From assembly GCA_965205165.1 (NCBI GenBank), contig OZ242037.1, positions 2,443,455-2,507,454 of the forward strand: 64,000 nucleotides of DNA. Reading direction: 5' to 3'. The first letter of the stretch is position 1. Every line of letters starts with the position of its first letter. The position numbers and the translations under genes are program-made. Shown here in pieces: positions 1-8,822 of the stretch. The notes beneath the pieces are model-generated. The model saw nothing but the letters and a program-made list of their open reading frames with translations, was not told where the DNA came from and made no database searches. The DNA comes from Dehalococcoidia bacterium. Lineage in GTDB: Bacteria > Chloroflexota > Dehalococcoidia > Bin125.

Positions 1-165
1 TGCGAATGGCCGATCAGCACCGCGTCCGCGCGGGTGACGTCGCCCGCCGACATCCCTGCATCGGGGGCGGCCGGGACGCGATCCATGTACGCGTCGAGAA
101 AGATCACCGTGTCGTCCACCGCCAGCCGGAACGTCGCGCAGCCGAGCCAATCGAGCGTGACCGTC
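1..165 (-). CDS. MBL-fold metallo-hydrolase, N-terminal fragment (gene continues beyond window start)
   Basis: Reverse-strand ATG at 163-165 preceded by GGAGGTG RBS; translation MTVTLDWLGCATFRLAVDDTVIFLDAYMDRV...AVLIGHS matches the beta-lactamase-fold Zn-hydrolase N-terminus; lies 41 bp downstream of tyrS on the same strand. Confidence 0.55.
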
Positions 166-206
166 ATCGCGCACCTCCCGCCGCGGAGGCTAGCGGCCGC
201 CGCGCC

Positions 207-1478
207 TCAGCCGCCGGACGCGCGGATCCGCCGCCACTGCCGCTTGCCCACGCGCAGCACGTCGCCGTCGGAGATCATCGCCGTCGGCCCGGCTGCCTTC
301 TCGCCGTTGATCGAGACCGCCCCCTGCTTGATCAGCCGCTTCGCCTCGCCGTTGCTCGCTGCCGCCCCGGATGAAAGCACCAGCGTCGCGAGCTGCGCAT
401 CGATCGAATCCGCCCCCGCGAAATCGACTTCCACGTCCGGCATCTCGTCCGGCGCGTCCCGCTTGGAGAAGATGCTGGTCCACTCCCCGGCTGCGGCCGC
501 GGCCGCCTCTTCGCCGTGCCATTCAGACACGATCTCCGCCGCCAGCCGCCGCTTGGCCTCCATCGGCGGCACCCGGCCCGCCGCCATGTCGGCGAGCAGC
601 CGGTCGACCTGCTCCGGTGCCGTGCCGGTGCCGTGCACGAAGAACTCCTCGATCGCCGCGTCGGGGATCGACATCGCCTTGCCGTACTGCTCGATCGGCG
701 GCTCGTCGATCCCGATGTAATTGCCCGTGCTCTTGGACATCCGCTGCCTGCCGTCGGTGCCGACCAGGATCGGCGTCAGCACGGCCACCTGCGGGTTCTG
801 CCCCGTCCGCTCCTGCAGCGTCCGCCCGGCGCCGATGTTGAAGGTTTGGTCCGTGCCGCCCAGCTGCACGTCGGCGCGCAGCGCCACCGCGTCGTAGCCC
901 TGCATCAGCCCGTACATGAACTCATGCACGTAGACCGGCTGCTTGGCTGAAAGCCGCTTGGCGAAGGCGTCGCGCTCCGCGAACTGCTGCAGCGTGAAGT
1001 TGGCCGCCAGCCGGATCACGTCGCCGAAATCCAGCTTGGCCAGCCATTCGCTGTTGCGCCGTACCTCGGTCAGCTCCGGGTCGAGCAGCTTGAACGCCTG
1101 CTCGCGGTAGGTCCGCGCATTCCGCTCCAGCACCTCGGCCGCCTGCATCGGCCGGGCGCTGTCCTTGTCCGAAGGGTCCCCGACCAGGCCCGTGAAGTCC
1201 CCGATCAGCAGGATCGCCTGGTGCCCCAGCTGCTGGAACAGGCGCAGCTTGCGCAGCGTCACGCAGTGGCCGATGTGCAGGTCCGGCGAGGTCGGATCGA
1301 CCCCCAGGTAGACCCGCAGCGGCGTCCCGTCCGCGATCGAGCCGGTCAGCCGCTGCATCAGCTCGCGCGACATCGCGCGCCGCGTGCCCTCGTCGCCGTA
1401 GGCCGTGCCCCGCATGATCAGGCGGTGCTGCCGCTCCGCCTCGACCACCACCTGCCGGGGAACGGGCTGTTCGCTCAT
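207..1478 (-). CDS. tyrS: tyrosine--tRNA ligase
   Basis: ORF 207..1514(-); class I HIGH motif (DLHIGHCV) and KMSKS (RMSKSTGN), C-terminal S4-like domain; start placed at internal MSEQPVP (1478); upstream 12 codons look like a read-through artefact. Confidence 0.92.
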   Translation of the reverse strand: MSEQPVPRQVVVEAERQHRLIMRGTAYGDEGTRRAMSRELMQRLTGSIADGTPLRVYLGVDPTSPDLHIGHCVTLRKLRLFQQLGHQAILLIGDFTGLVGDPSDKDSARPMQAAEVLERNARTYREQAFKLLDPELTEVRRNSEWLAKLDFGDVIRLAANFTLQQFAERDAFAKRLSAKQPVYVHEFMYGLMQGYDAVALRADVQLGGTDQTFNIGAGRTLQERTGQNPQVAVLTPILVGTDGRQRMSKSTGNYIGIDEPPIEQYGKAMSIPDAAIEEFFVHGTGTAPEQVDRLLADMAAGRVPPMEAKRRLAAEIVSEWHGEEAAAAAAGEWTSIFSKRDAPDEMPDVEVDFAGADSIDAQLATLVLSSGAAASNGEAKRLIKQGAVSINGEKAAGPTAMISDGDVLRVGKRQWRRIRASGG

Positions 1479-2428
1479 CGCTGGGCCTCCAGTAGTCCGC
1501 GCGCCGCCGCGCAATCCTCCGCGATCTGGGCGGTGAGCTCATCGACCCCGCCGAACTTGCGCTCGCCGCGCAGCCGGGCCGCGAACTCCACCCGCAGGTC
1601 CGTCCCGTAGATGTCCCGTTCGAAATCGAAGATGTGGCACTCGATCGAAAGCGGCGCGCCGTCCTCGAAGGTCGGGCGCACCCCGATGTTGGTCACCGAC
1701 GGAAGCGCCTCGCTCGCCCCGCCTTCGAGGATGGCCCGGGTCGCGTACACGCCCGGCGCGGGGATCGCCCGATCGTTCCCGACGGCCACGTTGGCCGTCG
1801 GGAACCCGATCGTCCGCCCCCGCTCGAAGCCCAGCACGACCGGGCCGTGGATCGAGAAGCGGCGGCCGAGCAGCTCCGCGACCCGGACCACGTCGCCCTC
1901 CGCCAGGCTGCCGCGCACCTCGGTCGACGAGACCTTCTCCGCCCCGTCCCCGTCCGGCACCAGATCGATCACGTCGACCGCGAAGCCCAGCTCCGCGCCG
2001 AGCGCGCGCAGCGTTTCCGGATCCCCCCCGCGCTGCCGCCCCAGAGCGAAATCCTCGCCGATGATCAGCCGCGCCAGCGAGAACTCCTCGGCCAGCATCC
2101 GGACGAAGTCGCCCGCCTCGGTCTGCGCGAATTCCGAGGTGAAGCTCACCGTCGCCACCGCGTCCAGCCCCGTCTCCCGCAGCAGCCGCAGGCGATCTTC
2201 CAAGCTCGTCACGTACTCGATGGCCAGATCCGGTCGCAGCACTTGGCGCGGATGCGGATGGAAGGTCACGGCCGCCGCGGCGAGCCCCTCGGCCCGCGCC
2301 CGCCCGATCACGTCGCGCAACACCGCCTGGTGGCCGCGGTGGACGCCGTCGAAGACGCCGATCGTGAGCGCGGTGGGCCGTCCGGGCGCCGCGCGGCGCA
2401 GCTCCTCGCGCGCGAGCTCCGTGACCAC
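1475..2428 (-). CDS. ribF: bifunctional riboflavin kinase / FMN adenylyltransferase
   Basis: IGVFDGVHRGHQ nucleotidyltransferase motif near N-term, riboflavin kinase C-terminal half; GTG start at 2428 chosen so gene does not overlap scpA; ORF track extends to 2521. Confidence 0.82.
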   Translation of the reverse strand: MVTELAREELRRAAPGRPTALTIGVFDGVHRGHQAVLRDVIGRARAEGLAAAAVTFHPHPRQVLRPDLAIEYVTSLEDRLRLLRETGLDAVATVSFTSEFAQTEAGDFVRMLAEEFSLARLIIGEDFALGRQRGGDPETLRALGAELGFAVDVIDLVPDGDGAEKVSSTEVRGSLAEGDVVRVAELLGRRFSIHGPVVLGFERGRTIGFPTANVAVGNDRAIPAPGVYATRAILEGGASEALPSVTNIGVRPTFEDGAPLSIECHIFDFERDIYGTDLRVEFAARLRGERKFGGVDELTAQIAEDCAAARGLLEAQR

Positions 2429-2441
2429 CGTCCGGCTCCGT

Positions 2442-3308
2442 TCATTCGGGCGATGCCGCGAGCGTACCAGCCGCCTCCCCGCCCTCCCCACCCTCGCTCT
2501 CGTCCGCGCCGCCTTCGCCATCCGCCGGATCGCGTGCGATCGCCCAGGCTTCGGCCGACGCGGATGCCAGCTCGCGGATGCGGATGTCGCCCCAGTGCGC
2601 CTCCTGCTCCAGCGCCACCGCCCGCGACTTGTGCAGCTCCAGCACGGCCAGCAGCGAGACCACCACGAAGAGCCGCGAGCGGGCGTCGGCGATCCACTCG
2701 CGGAAGGACACCGCGCCGCTCCCGCGCAGGGCAGCGCGCAGATCCGCGACCCGCGAGCGGACGGTCACCCGATCCCGCTCCACCGCCCCGGCCGCCGCCT
2801 CGCGACGCTGCGCCTCGCGCTCGGCCGCCCGCCGCAGCGCCGTCTCCGCGATCCGCGTCAGCATCTGCAAGGTGACCGTCTCCGGCACCCCTTCCGGAAC
2901 CGGGCGCTCGGCCGGCGGCGGCGCGCCCGCGGCGTACGAGCGGACGGCGTCGCGATCGCGCGCGCCCAGCAGGTCGATCGCGTCGCGGTACCGGCGGTAT
3001 TCCTCGACCATCTCGACCAGTTCGCTCGCCGCCGCCTCCTCTTCGGGGTCGGGCTCCGACGGCGAAGGCGCGAGCGTGCGCGCCTTGAGCAGCATCAGGC
3101 GCGCCCCGATCACGAGGAACTCGGCCAGCGCGTCCGCCGCATCACCCGCGTCCGGCAGCGCGCCGGCCTGGATGCGGGCGACCTCCTCCAAGTACTGATC
3201 CGCCACTTGCGCGAGCGAGAGCTCTGTGATCTCCAAGCGCTGCGCCTCGATCAGTTCGAGCAGCAGCCCCAACGGACCTTCGTAGGTCGGCAGGCGGAGC
3301 TGGACCAC
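2442..3308 (-). CDS. scpA: segregation and condensation protein A
   Basis: N-terminus LELIEAQRLEITELSLAQVADQYL is the ScpA kleisin signature; acidic C-terminal tail; no scpB follows in this window. Confidence 0.82.
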   Translation of the reverse strand: MVQLRLPTYEGPLGLLLELIEAQRLEITELSLAQVADQYLEEVARIQAGALPDAGDAADALAEFLVIGARLMLLKARTLAPSPSEPDPEEEAAASELVEMVEEYRRYRDAIDLLGARDRDAVRSYAAGAPPPAERPVPEGVPETVTLQMLTRIAETALRRAAEREAQRREAAAGAVERDRVTVRSRVADLRAALRGSGAVSFREWIADARSRLFVVVSLLAVLELHKSRAVALEQEAHWGDIRIRELASASAEAWAIARDPADGEGGADESEGGEGGEAAGTLAASPE

Positions 3309-3324
3309 GCCGGACCGCTTCGGG

Positions 3325-5811
3325 CTACTTGGAAACGACGAAGTTGAGCAGGCGGTCCGGCACCCACACGACCCGCCGCTCCGTCATCCCGTCGAGGAAG
3401 CCGGCCACCCGCCCCGATGCCCGCGCCGCGGCTTCCGCCTCCGCCTGCGCCGTGCCCGCCGGCAGCGCCAGCTTGTCCCGCACCTTGCCGTTCACCTGCA
3501 CCACCAGCGTCACCGTCTCCGCCGCCGCCAGCGCTTCGTCCCACTGCGGCCAATCTTGCAGGTGGATCGACGCCTCCCCGCCCCGCTTGCGCCAGAGCTC
3601 CTCCGCGATATGCGGCGCGGAGGGCGCGAGGCAGAGCAGCAGCGCGTCCACCGCAGCCTTCCAACCGCCCGCGTCGACCGGCCCGGCGTCGCGGGCCGCG
3701 GCCAGCGCGTTGGTGAACTTCATCATCGCCGCGATCATCGTGTTGAAGCGGAACCGCTCCATGTCGTGCGAAACCTCGCGCACCATCCCGTGCCGCAGCC
3801 GCGCCAGAGCATCGGCCGACTCCGCGTCTGCAAAGTCACCCGCGTCCTCCAGCGCCAGCGACCAGACCCGGTTGAGCCAGCGCCAGAGCCCTTGGATGCC
3901 GGAGTCGTCCCAATCGCCGCCCGCCTCCCAGGGCCCGATGAACATCAGGTAGAGCCGCACGGTGTCCGCGCCGAACTTGCCGACCCATTCATCGGGGTTG
4001 ACCACGTTGCCCCGGCTCTTCGACATCTTCGCGCCGTCTTTGGTGATCGTGCCCTGGTTGAAGAGCCGTGTGAATGGCTCGCGGATCGGCAGCACCCCCA
4101 TGTCGTTCGCCGCCATGCAGAAGAAGCGCGCGTAGAGCAGGTGCATCACCGCGTGCTCGGCTCCGCCCGTGTATTGATCGATCGGCAGCCAGTCCGCCGC
4201 CAGCCCCGGGTCGATCGGCGCATTGTGGTTGCGCGGATCGATGTAGCGGTACATGTACCAATTCGAGCACATGAACGTGTCCATCGTGTCGGTCTCGCGC
4301 CGCGCCTCCGCTCCGCAGTTCGGGCAGGGGGCATCGCGGAATTCCGCGTGCCGCTCGAGCGGCGAGCCCCCGTCCGGCAGGAACTCCGCGTCGTCCGGCA
4401 GCAGCACCGGCAGCTCCGATTCGGGCACGGGCACGATCCCGCAGTCCCCGCAGTGGATCATCGGAATCGGCGCACCCCAGTAGCGCTGCCGCGAGATCAG
4501 CCAGTCGCGGATGCGGTAGGAAACCGCCGGCTCGCCCAAGCCTCGCGCCTGCAGGGCGGCCGCCACGGCCGCCTTGCCCTCTTCCGACGGCGTGCCGTCG
4601 AACTCGCCGGAGTTCACCATCGTGCCGTGCCCGGCGTAGGCCTCCGCCTCCAGCGGTTCCCCCTCCCAGCCCGGCGGCGCGATCACCACGGGCACGTCGA
4701 GGCCGTACTTCCGGGCGAACGCGAAGTCCCGCTCGTCATGCGCCGGAACCCCCATCACCGCGCCGGTCCCGTACGTGAGCAGCACGTAGTCCGCGACCCA
4801 GATCGGAATGCGCTGATCCGTGAGCGGATGCCGCACATGCGATCCGGTGAACACCCCCGTCTTCTCGCGCTCGGTGGACTGCCGATCGATCTCCGACTGC
4901 TGCCGCGCCCCGGCCGCGTACCGGGCGACCGCCTCGCGCTGTTCCGGCGCGGTCAGCGCATCCACCAGCGGGTGCTCCGGCGCGATCACCATGAAGGTGG
5001 CGCCGAACAGCGTGTCGGGCCGCGTCGTAAAAACCGTGATCCGGTCTTCCTCCCCGATCGCGCGTTCGAGCGGGAACGAAACCTCCGCGCCCTCCGAGCG
5101 CCCGATCCAGTTGGTCTGCATCGCCTGGATGCGCTCCGGCCAGTCGATCCCCGAGAAGTCCAGCAGCTCGTCCGCGTAGTTGGTGATCCGGAAGAACCAC
5201 TGCTCCAGATCCCGCGTCTCGACGACCGCTTCGCAGCGCTCGCAGACCCCGATCCCGTCGTCTCGGCGCTCGACCTGCTCGTTGGCCAGCACCGTGCTGC
5301 AGCTGGGGCACCAGTTGGCCGCGGCCCGGCCGCGGTAGGCCAGCCCATGCTCGTAGAGCTTCAGGAAGAACCACTGCGTCCAGCGGTAGTACTCCGGATC
5401 GGAGGTGGCGAACTCGCGGTTCCAGTCGAACGACGCCCCCATCGTTTTGAGCTGCCGGCGCATCGCCTCGATGTTGTTGTAGGTCCACTTCTTCGGATGC
5501 GTCTCGTTCGCGATCGCCGCATTCTCCGCCGGCAGCCCGAATGCGTCGAAGGCCACCGGGAACAGCACGTTCGTCCCCTGCATGCGCCGCCAGCGCGCCG
5601 CCGCGTCGGAGGGCGACATCGCGTACCAATGCCCGATGTGCAGATCCCCGCTGGTGTACGGCAGCATCGTCAGGAAGAAGTAGTTGGGCCGGCCGGGGTC
5701 TTCGTCGGGCGTGCGGTAGAGGCCGTCGATCTCCCATTGCCGCTGCCAGCGCGGCTCGATCTCGGTCGGCTCGTAGCGATCGCGGCGCGGGGTTTCGGTC
5801 TCGGACGGCAT
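3325..5811 (-). CDS. leuS: leucine--tRNA ligase
   Basis: HIGH (DLHIGHWYAM) and KMSKS (KMSKSRGN) motifs, ~828 aa, editing domain present; start taken at MPSETETP (5811), ORF track extends to 5949. Confidence 0.94.
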   Translation of the reverse strand: MPSETETPRRDRYEPTEIEPRWQRQWEIDGLYRTPDEDPGRPNYFFLTMLPYTSGDLHIGHWYAMSPSDAAARWRRMQGTNVLFPVAFDAFGLPAENAAIANETHPKKWTYNNIEAMRRQLKTMGASFDWNREFATSDPEYYRWTQWFFLKLYEHGLAYRGRAAANWCPSCSTVLANEQVERRDDGIGVCERCEAVVETRDLEQWFFRITNYADELLDFSGIDWPERIQAMQTNWIGRSEGAEVSFPLERAIGEEDRITVFTTRPDTLFGATFMVIAPEHPLVDALTAPEQREAVARYAAGARQQSEIDRQSTEREKTGVFTGSHVRHPLTDQRIPIWVADYVLLTYGTGAVMGVPAHDERDFAFARKYGLDVPVVIAPPGWEGEPLEAEAYAGHGTMVNSGEFDGTPSEEGKAAVAAALQARGLGEPAVSYRIRDWLISRQRYWGAPIPMIHCGDCGIVPVPESELPVLLPDDAEFLPDGGSPLERHAEFRDAPCPNCGAEARRETDTMDTFMCSNWYMYRYIDPRNHNAPIDPGLAADWLPIDQYTGGAEHAVMHLLYARFFCMAANDMGVLPIREPFTRLFNQGTITKDGAKMSKSRGNVVNPDEWVGKFGADTVRLYLMFIGPWEAGGDWDDSGIQGLWRWLNRVWSLALEDAGDFADAESADALARLRHGMVREVSHDMERFRFNTMIAAMMKFTNALAAARDAGPVDAGGWKAAVDALLLCLAPSAPHIAEELWRKRGGEASIHLQDWPQWDEALAAAETVTLVVQVNGKVRDKLALPAGTAQAEAEAAARASGRVAGFLDGMTERRVVWVPDRLLNFVVSK

Positions 5812-5850
5812 CGGCGCGTTCTCCGGCGGCGGGCGGAACGGATCGCCGCA

Positions 5851-5868
5851 AGCATACGCGGGTATGCT
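5851..5868. promoter_or_regulatory. perfect 7-bp inverted repeat AGCATAC-gcgg-GTATGCT in leuS/purE divergent intergenic region
   Basis: Read directly from sequence; sits in the 80-bp divergent promoter region; function unknown (operator or small hairpin). Confidence 0.25.
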
Positions 5869-5891
5869 GAATTGCCGATTGATCGAACCAG

Positions 5892-6407
5892 ATGGAGGGC
5901 AGCGGCGTGGCCGGACAACCGTTGGTCGGCGTGATGATGGGCTCCGCATCCGACTGGGAGACGATGCGCAACGCGGCCCAGACCCTGCGCGACCTGGGCA
6001 TCGCCCACGAAGTGCGCGTGCTCTCCGCGCATCGAACGCCCGATCAGGCCGCCGAGTACGCGGCCACGGCGGCGGAGCGCGGCCTGCGCGTGATCATCGC
6101 AGGCGCGGGCGGTGCGGCCGCATTGCCCGGCGCGGTCGCCGCCAAGACCGACCTCCCCGTGATCGGCGTGCCCGTCAAGGGCTGGGCCACCGACGGGCTC
6201 GATTCGCTGCTCTCGATGGCCCAGATGCCCCGCGGCTTCCCCGTCGCCACCGTCGCCATCGGGCGCACCGGCGCCGTCAACGCCGCCCTGCTCGCCGCGC
6301 GCATCCTGGGCTTGGCCGACGCGGAGATCGCCGCCTCCGTGCGCGCCTTCCGCGAGCGGCAGACCCGCGAGATCCTCGACGCCCCGCCTCCCTCCCTGGA
6401 CGACTGA
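5892..6407 (+). CDS. purE: N5-carboxyaminoimidazole ribonucleotide mutase
   Basis: PLVGVMMGSASD...IIAGAGGAAALPG motif set typical of PurE; 171 aa. Confidence 0.9.
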   Translation: MEGSGVAGQPLVGVMMGSASDWETMRNAAQTLRDLGIAHEVRVLSAHRTPDQAAEYAATAAERGLRVIIAGAGGAAALPGAVAAKTDLPVIGVPVKGWATDGLDSLLSMAQMPRGFPVATVAIGRTGAVNAALLAARILGLADAEIAASVRAFRERQTREILDAPPPSLDD

Positions 6408-6413
6408 TCCCCG

Positions 6414-6947
6414 ATGGCGGTCCGCAAGATCACCACGCTGCCGGGCGACGCGCATGTGCTGCGCGCCCCGGCCCGCCCGGTCACCCGCTTCGACGCGACC
6501 CTGCGCGCCCTGCTCGACGACATGGCCGACTCGATGCACGGCGCGCGGGGCGTCGGCCTGGCCGCCCCCCAGATCGGCGTGCCCCTGCGCGTGATCCTGC
6601 TCGGCCTGCCCGGCCGCCCGCCGTTCCCGCTGATCAACCCCGAAGTGCTCGAACGCGGCGGCGAGCGCGAGATGACCGAGGGCTGCCTCTCCGTGCCCGG
6701 TTACCGCGGCGCCGTCCTGCGCTCCGAAACCGTGCGCGTGCGCGCGCTGGATCCGCAGGGCCGCGAGATCGAGATCGCCGCCGCCGGCGACCTGCTCGCC
6801 CACGCCTTGGAACACGAGATCGACCACATCAACGGAACCGTCTACATCGATCACGTGCAATCACCTGACGAATTGTGGCATTTGGACGAGCTGGAGCCGG
6901 ACGACGAAGAGGATGAAGAAGGCGGCGATGCCCGAGACGATGAGTGA
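6414..6947 (+). CDS. def: peptide deformylase
   Basis: GVGLAAPQIG, EGCLS and HEIDH metal-binding motifs; acidic C-terminal tail. Confidence 0.9.
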   Translation: MAVRKITTLPGDAHVLRAPARPVTRFDATLRALLDDMADSMHGARGVGLAAPQIGVPLRVILLGLPGRPPFPLINPEVLERGGEREMTEGCLSVPGYRGAVLRSETVRVRALDPQGREIEIAAAGDLLAHALEHEIDHINGTVYIDHVQSPDELWHLDELEPDDEEDEEGGDARDDE

Positions 6948-8349
6948 AGCCCTGCCGGCGCTGGCCGCGCTCGGCGAAGCCTGGGTCGTCGGCGGAGCCG
7001 TCCGCGATGCCCTGCTCGGCGCGCCCACGACGGACATCGACATCGCCGCGCCGGACGCGCCGGCCTGGTCCGCCCGCGCCGGTGCATTGCTCGGCGCGCG
7101 CCCCGTTGACCTGGGCGGGCCCCTGCCCACCTTCCGCCTCGCCCTGAACGGCGGCACGCTGGACGTGGTCGACCTGCCGCACGGCCTCGACGCCGACTTG
7201 GCGCGGCGCGACTTCACCATCAACGCCCTGGCCGTGCCCTTGCCCGATTTCGCCGCCGGCCGCATCCCCGAATCCGTGATCGACCGGCATGGCGGCCTGG
7301 CCGACCTGCAAGCCGGGCGCTTGGAGATCGTCTCCGACTCTGCAATCGGCGACGAGCCAATCCGCGCCCTGCGCGGCGTCCGGCTGGAAGCGACGCGGAA
7401 TCTGCGGCTGACGCAGCGCGCCGAGCAGGCGATCCGCGCGGCCGCCGACCGTGCCGCCGAGGTCGCCCCCGAACGAACTTGGGCCGAACTGTCCCGCATC
7501 TTCGACGCCGATACGGCGTCCGACGCGGTTCGGCGGCTCGAACAGCTCGGCCTGCTGACCCCCCTGTTCCCCGAACTGGACGCCTGCCGGGGCGTAGACC
7601 AACGCCCGATCCACCGCCGCGACGTCTTCAACCACCAGCTCGACGCGCTGGAGTACTTGGACGGCCTGATCGCCGACGCCCCGCACGGCGCGACGGCTGC
7701 GCTGCCCCCGCCGCTCTGGTCGGCGCTCGGCGATGACGCCCGCGAACGGATCGCCGCGGATCGCCGCTCCCTGCGGATCGCCGTGCTGTTGCACGATCTG
7801 GGCAAGCCCGGCACGCGCACCGTCGGCGAGGACGGACGCACGCACTTCTACGGGCACTCGGAGCTGGGCGCTGACCTCGCCACCGCCCGCCTGCGACGGC
7901 TGCGGGCGCCGCGGCGGCTGATCGACCGCGTCGAGCGCCTGATCGCCGCCCACCTGCGGCCGGGGATGATCGCCTCCCCCGGCGCACCGCCGACTGAGCG
8001 GGCGCTCTACCGCTTCCACCGCGATCTCGGCCGCGAAGCCGCGCCCCTCTGCCTGCTCTTCCTCGCCGACGCGCTGGCCACCGTCGGCCCCGATGCGCTC
8101 GCGCCCCGCTGGAATGCGTACGTCGCCCACGTCTCGCGGATCATCCGCTGGCAGCCGCGCCGCGTCCCGCGCGCGGCCCACTTCCTCAGCGGAACGGCCG
8201 TGATGGACGCCACCGGCCTGTCCCCCGGCCCCGAAATCGGCCGCATTCTGGCGGCGCTGGATGAAGCCGCCGCGCTGGGCGAGATCACCACCCCGGATGC
8301 GGCGCGGGAGCGGGCCCGCGAACTCGCCGCGCCCCCGTCAACGGGCTGA
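6940..8349 (+). CDS. cca: CCA-adding tRNA nucleotidyltransferase with HD domain
   Basis: GGAVRDALLG...DIDIA and RRDFTINALA polymerase-beta-like motifs, C-terminal HD-type region (LHDLGK); start ambiguous between 6913, 6928 and 6940 (overlap with def). Confidence 0.78.
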   Translation: MSEALPALAALGEAWVVGGAVRDALLGAPTTDIDIAAPDAPAWSARAGALLGARPVDLGGPLPTFRLALNGGTLDVVDLPHGLDADLARRDFTINALAVPLPDFAAGRIPESVIDRHGGLADLQAGRLEIVSDSAIGDEPIRALRGVRLEATRNLRLTQRAEQAIRAAADRAAEVAPERTWAELSRIFDADTASDAVRRLEQLGLLTPLFPELDACRGVDQRPIHRRDVFNHQLDALEYLDGLIADAPHGATAALPPPLWSALGDDARERIAADRRSLRIAVLLHDLGKPGTRTVGEDGRTHFYGHSELGADLATARLRRLRAPRRLIDRVERLIAAHLRPGMIASPGAPPTERALYRFHRDLGREAAPLCLLFLADALATVGPDALAPRWNAYVAHVSRIIRWQPRRVPRAAHFLSGTAVMDATGLSPGPEIGRILAALDEAAALGEITTPDAARERARELAAPPSTG

Positions 8350-8361
8350 GGAGGCCGCGCA

Positions 8362-8733
8362 ATGACCGAAACGATCCTGATCACCCTGCTCGTGGTCGCG
8401 CTCTTCTACATCTTCTTCATCCGCCCCGCCCGTTCCGAGCAGCGCCAGCGCCAGCACCACCTGAACGAGCTGCGGATCGGCGACCAAGTGCTCACCCGCG
8501 GCGGCCTGATCGCCGAGGTCAGCGGCGTCGAAACCCCCGACGACGGCCCCATGATGATCCTGCTCACCTTGGCCGACGGCGTCGAGGTCCGCGCCCGCAC
8601 CACGGCGATCGAGGAGGTGCTCGTCCCCGCCGAGCCGGATGAAGACGAACTCCGCGAAGAGGCCGCCCCGGCCCAAATGGACGAGGATGAACTTGACGAG
8701 GCCCCCTCCGGGCCGGGCAAGCGCGGGGACTGA
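8362..8733 (+). CDS. yajC: preprotein translocase subunit YajC
   Basis: Single N-terminal TM helix followed by ERQRQHHLNELRIGDQVLTRGGLIAEV, typical YajC; directly upstream of secD. Confidence 0.8.
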   Translation: MTETILITLLVVALFYIFFIRPARSEQRQRQHHLNELRIGDQVLTRGGLIAEVSGVETPDDGPMMILLTLADGVEVRARTTAIEEVLVPAEPDEDELREEAAPAQMDEDELDEAPSGPGKRGD

Positions 8734-8822
8734 GCGCCCCGATGTGCAGCTAGCGGCGCGATCCTGCATAGTCGCTACTAGACATATGCTGCAACATCCC
8801 GCCCTTCAGAACGACGGATGAC

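Noticed and set aside
5812-5891. T-box leader upstream of leuS, and likewise upstream of tyrS and aspS
   Set aside because: The upstream regions are only ~80 bp (leuS), 0 bp (tyrS is directly coupled to ribF) and ~58 bp (aspS). That is far too short for a ~250-nt T-box riboswitch, and no T-box consensus (AATTAGGGTGGNACCGCG) is seen.
3556-5934. 792-aa plus-strand ORF antisense to leuS, and similar long antisense ORFs (e.g. 11909..13798 antisense to selB, 20696..23320 antisense to permease/tig, 31887..33710 antisense to sdhA)
   Set aside because: They overlap strongly supported genes on the opposite strand and have Arg/Gly/Ala-biased compositions with no recognisable motifs. They are GC-content artefacts.
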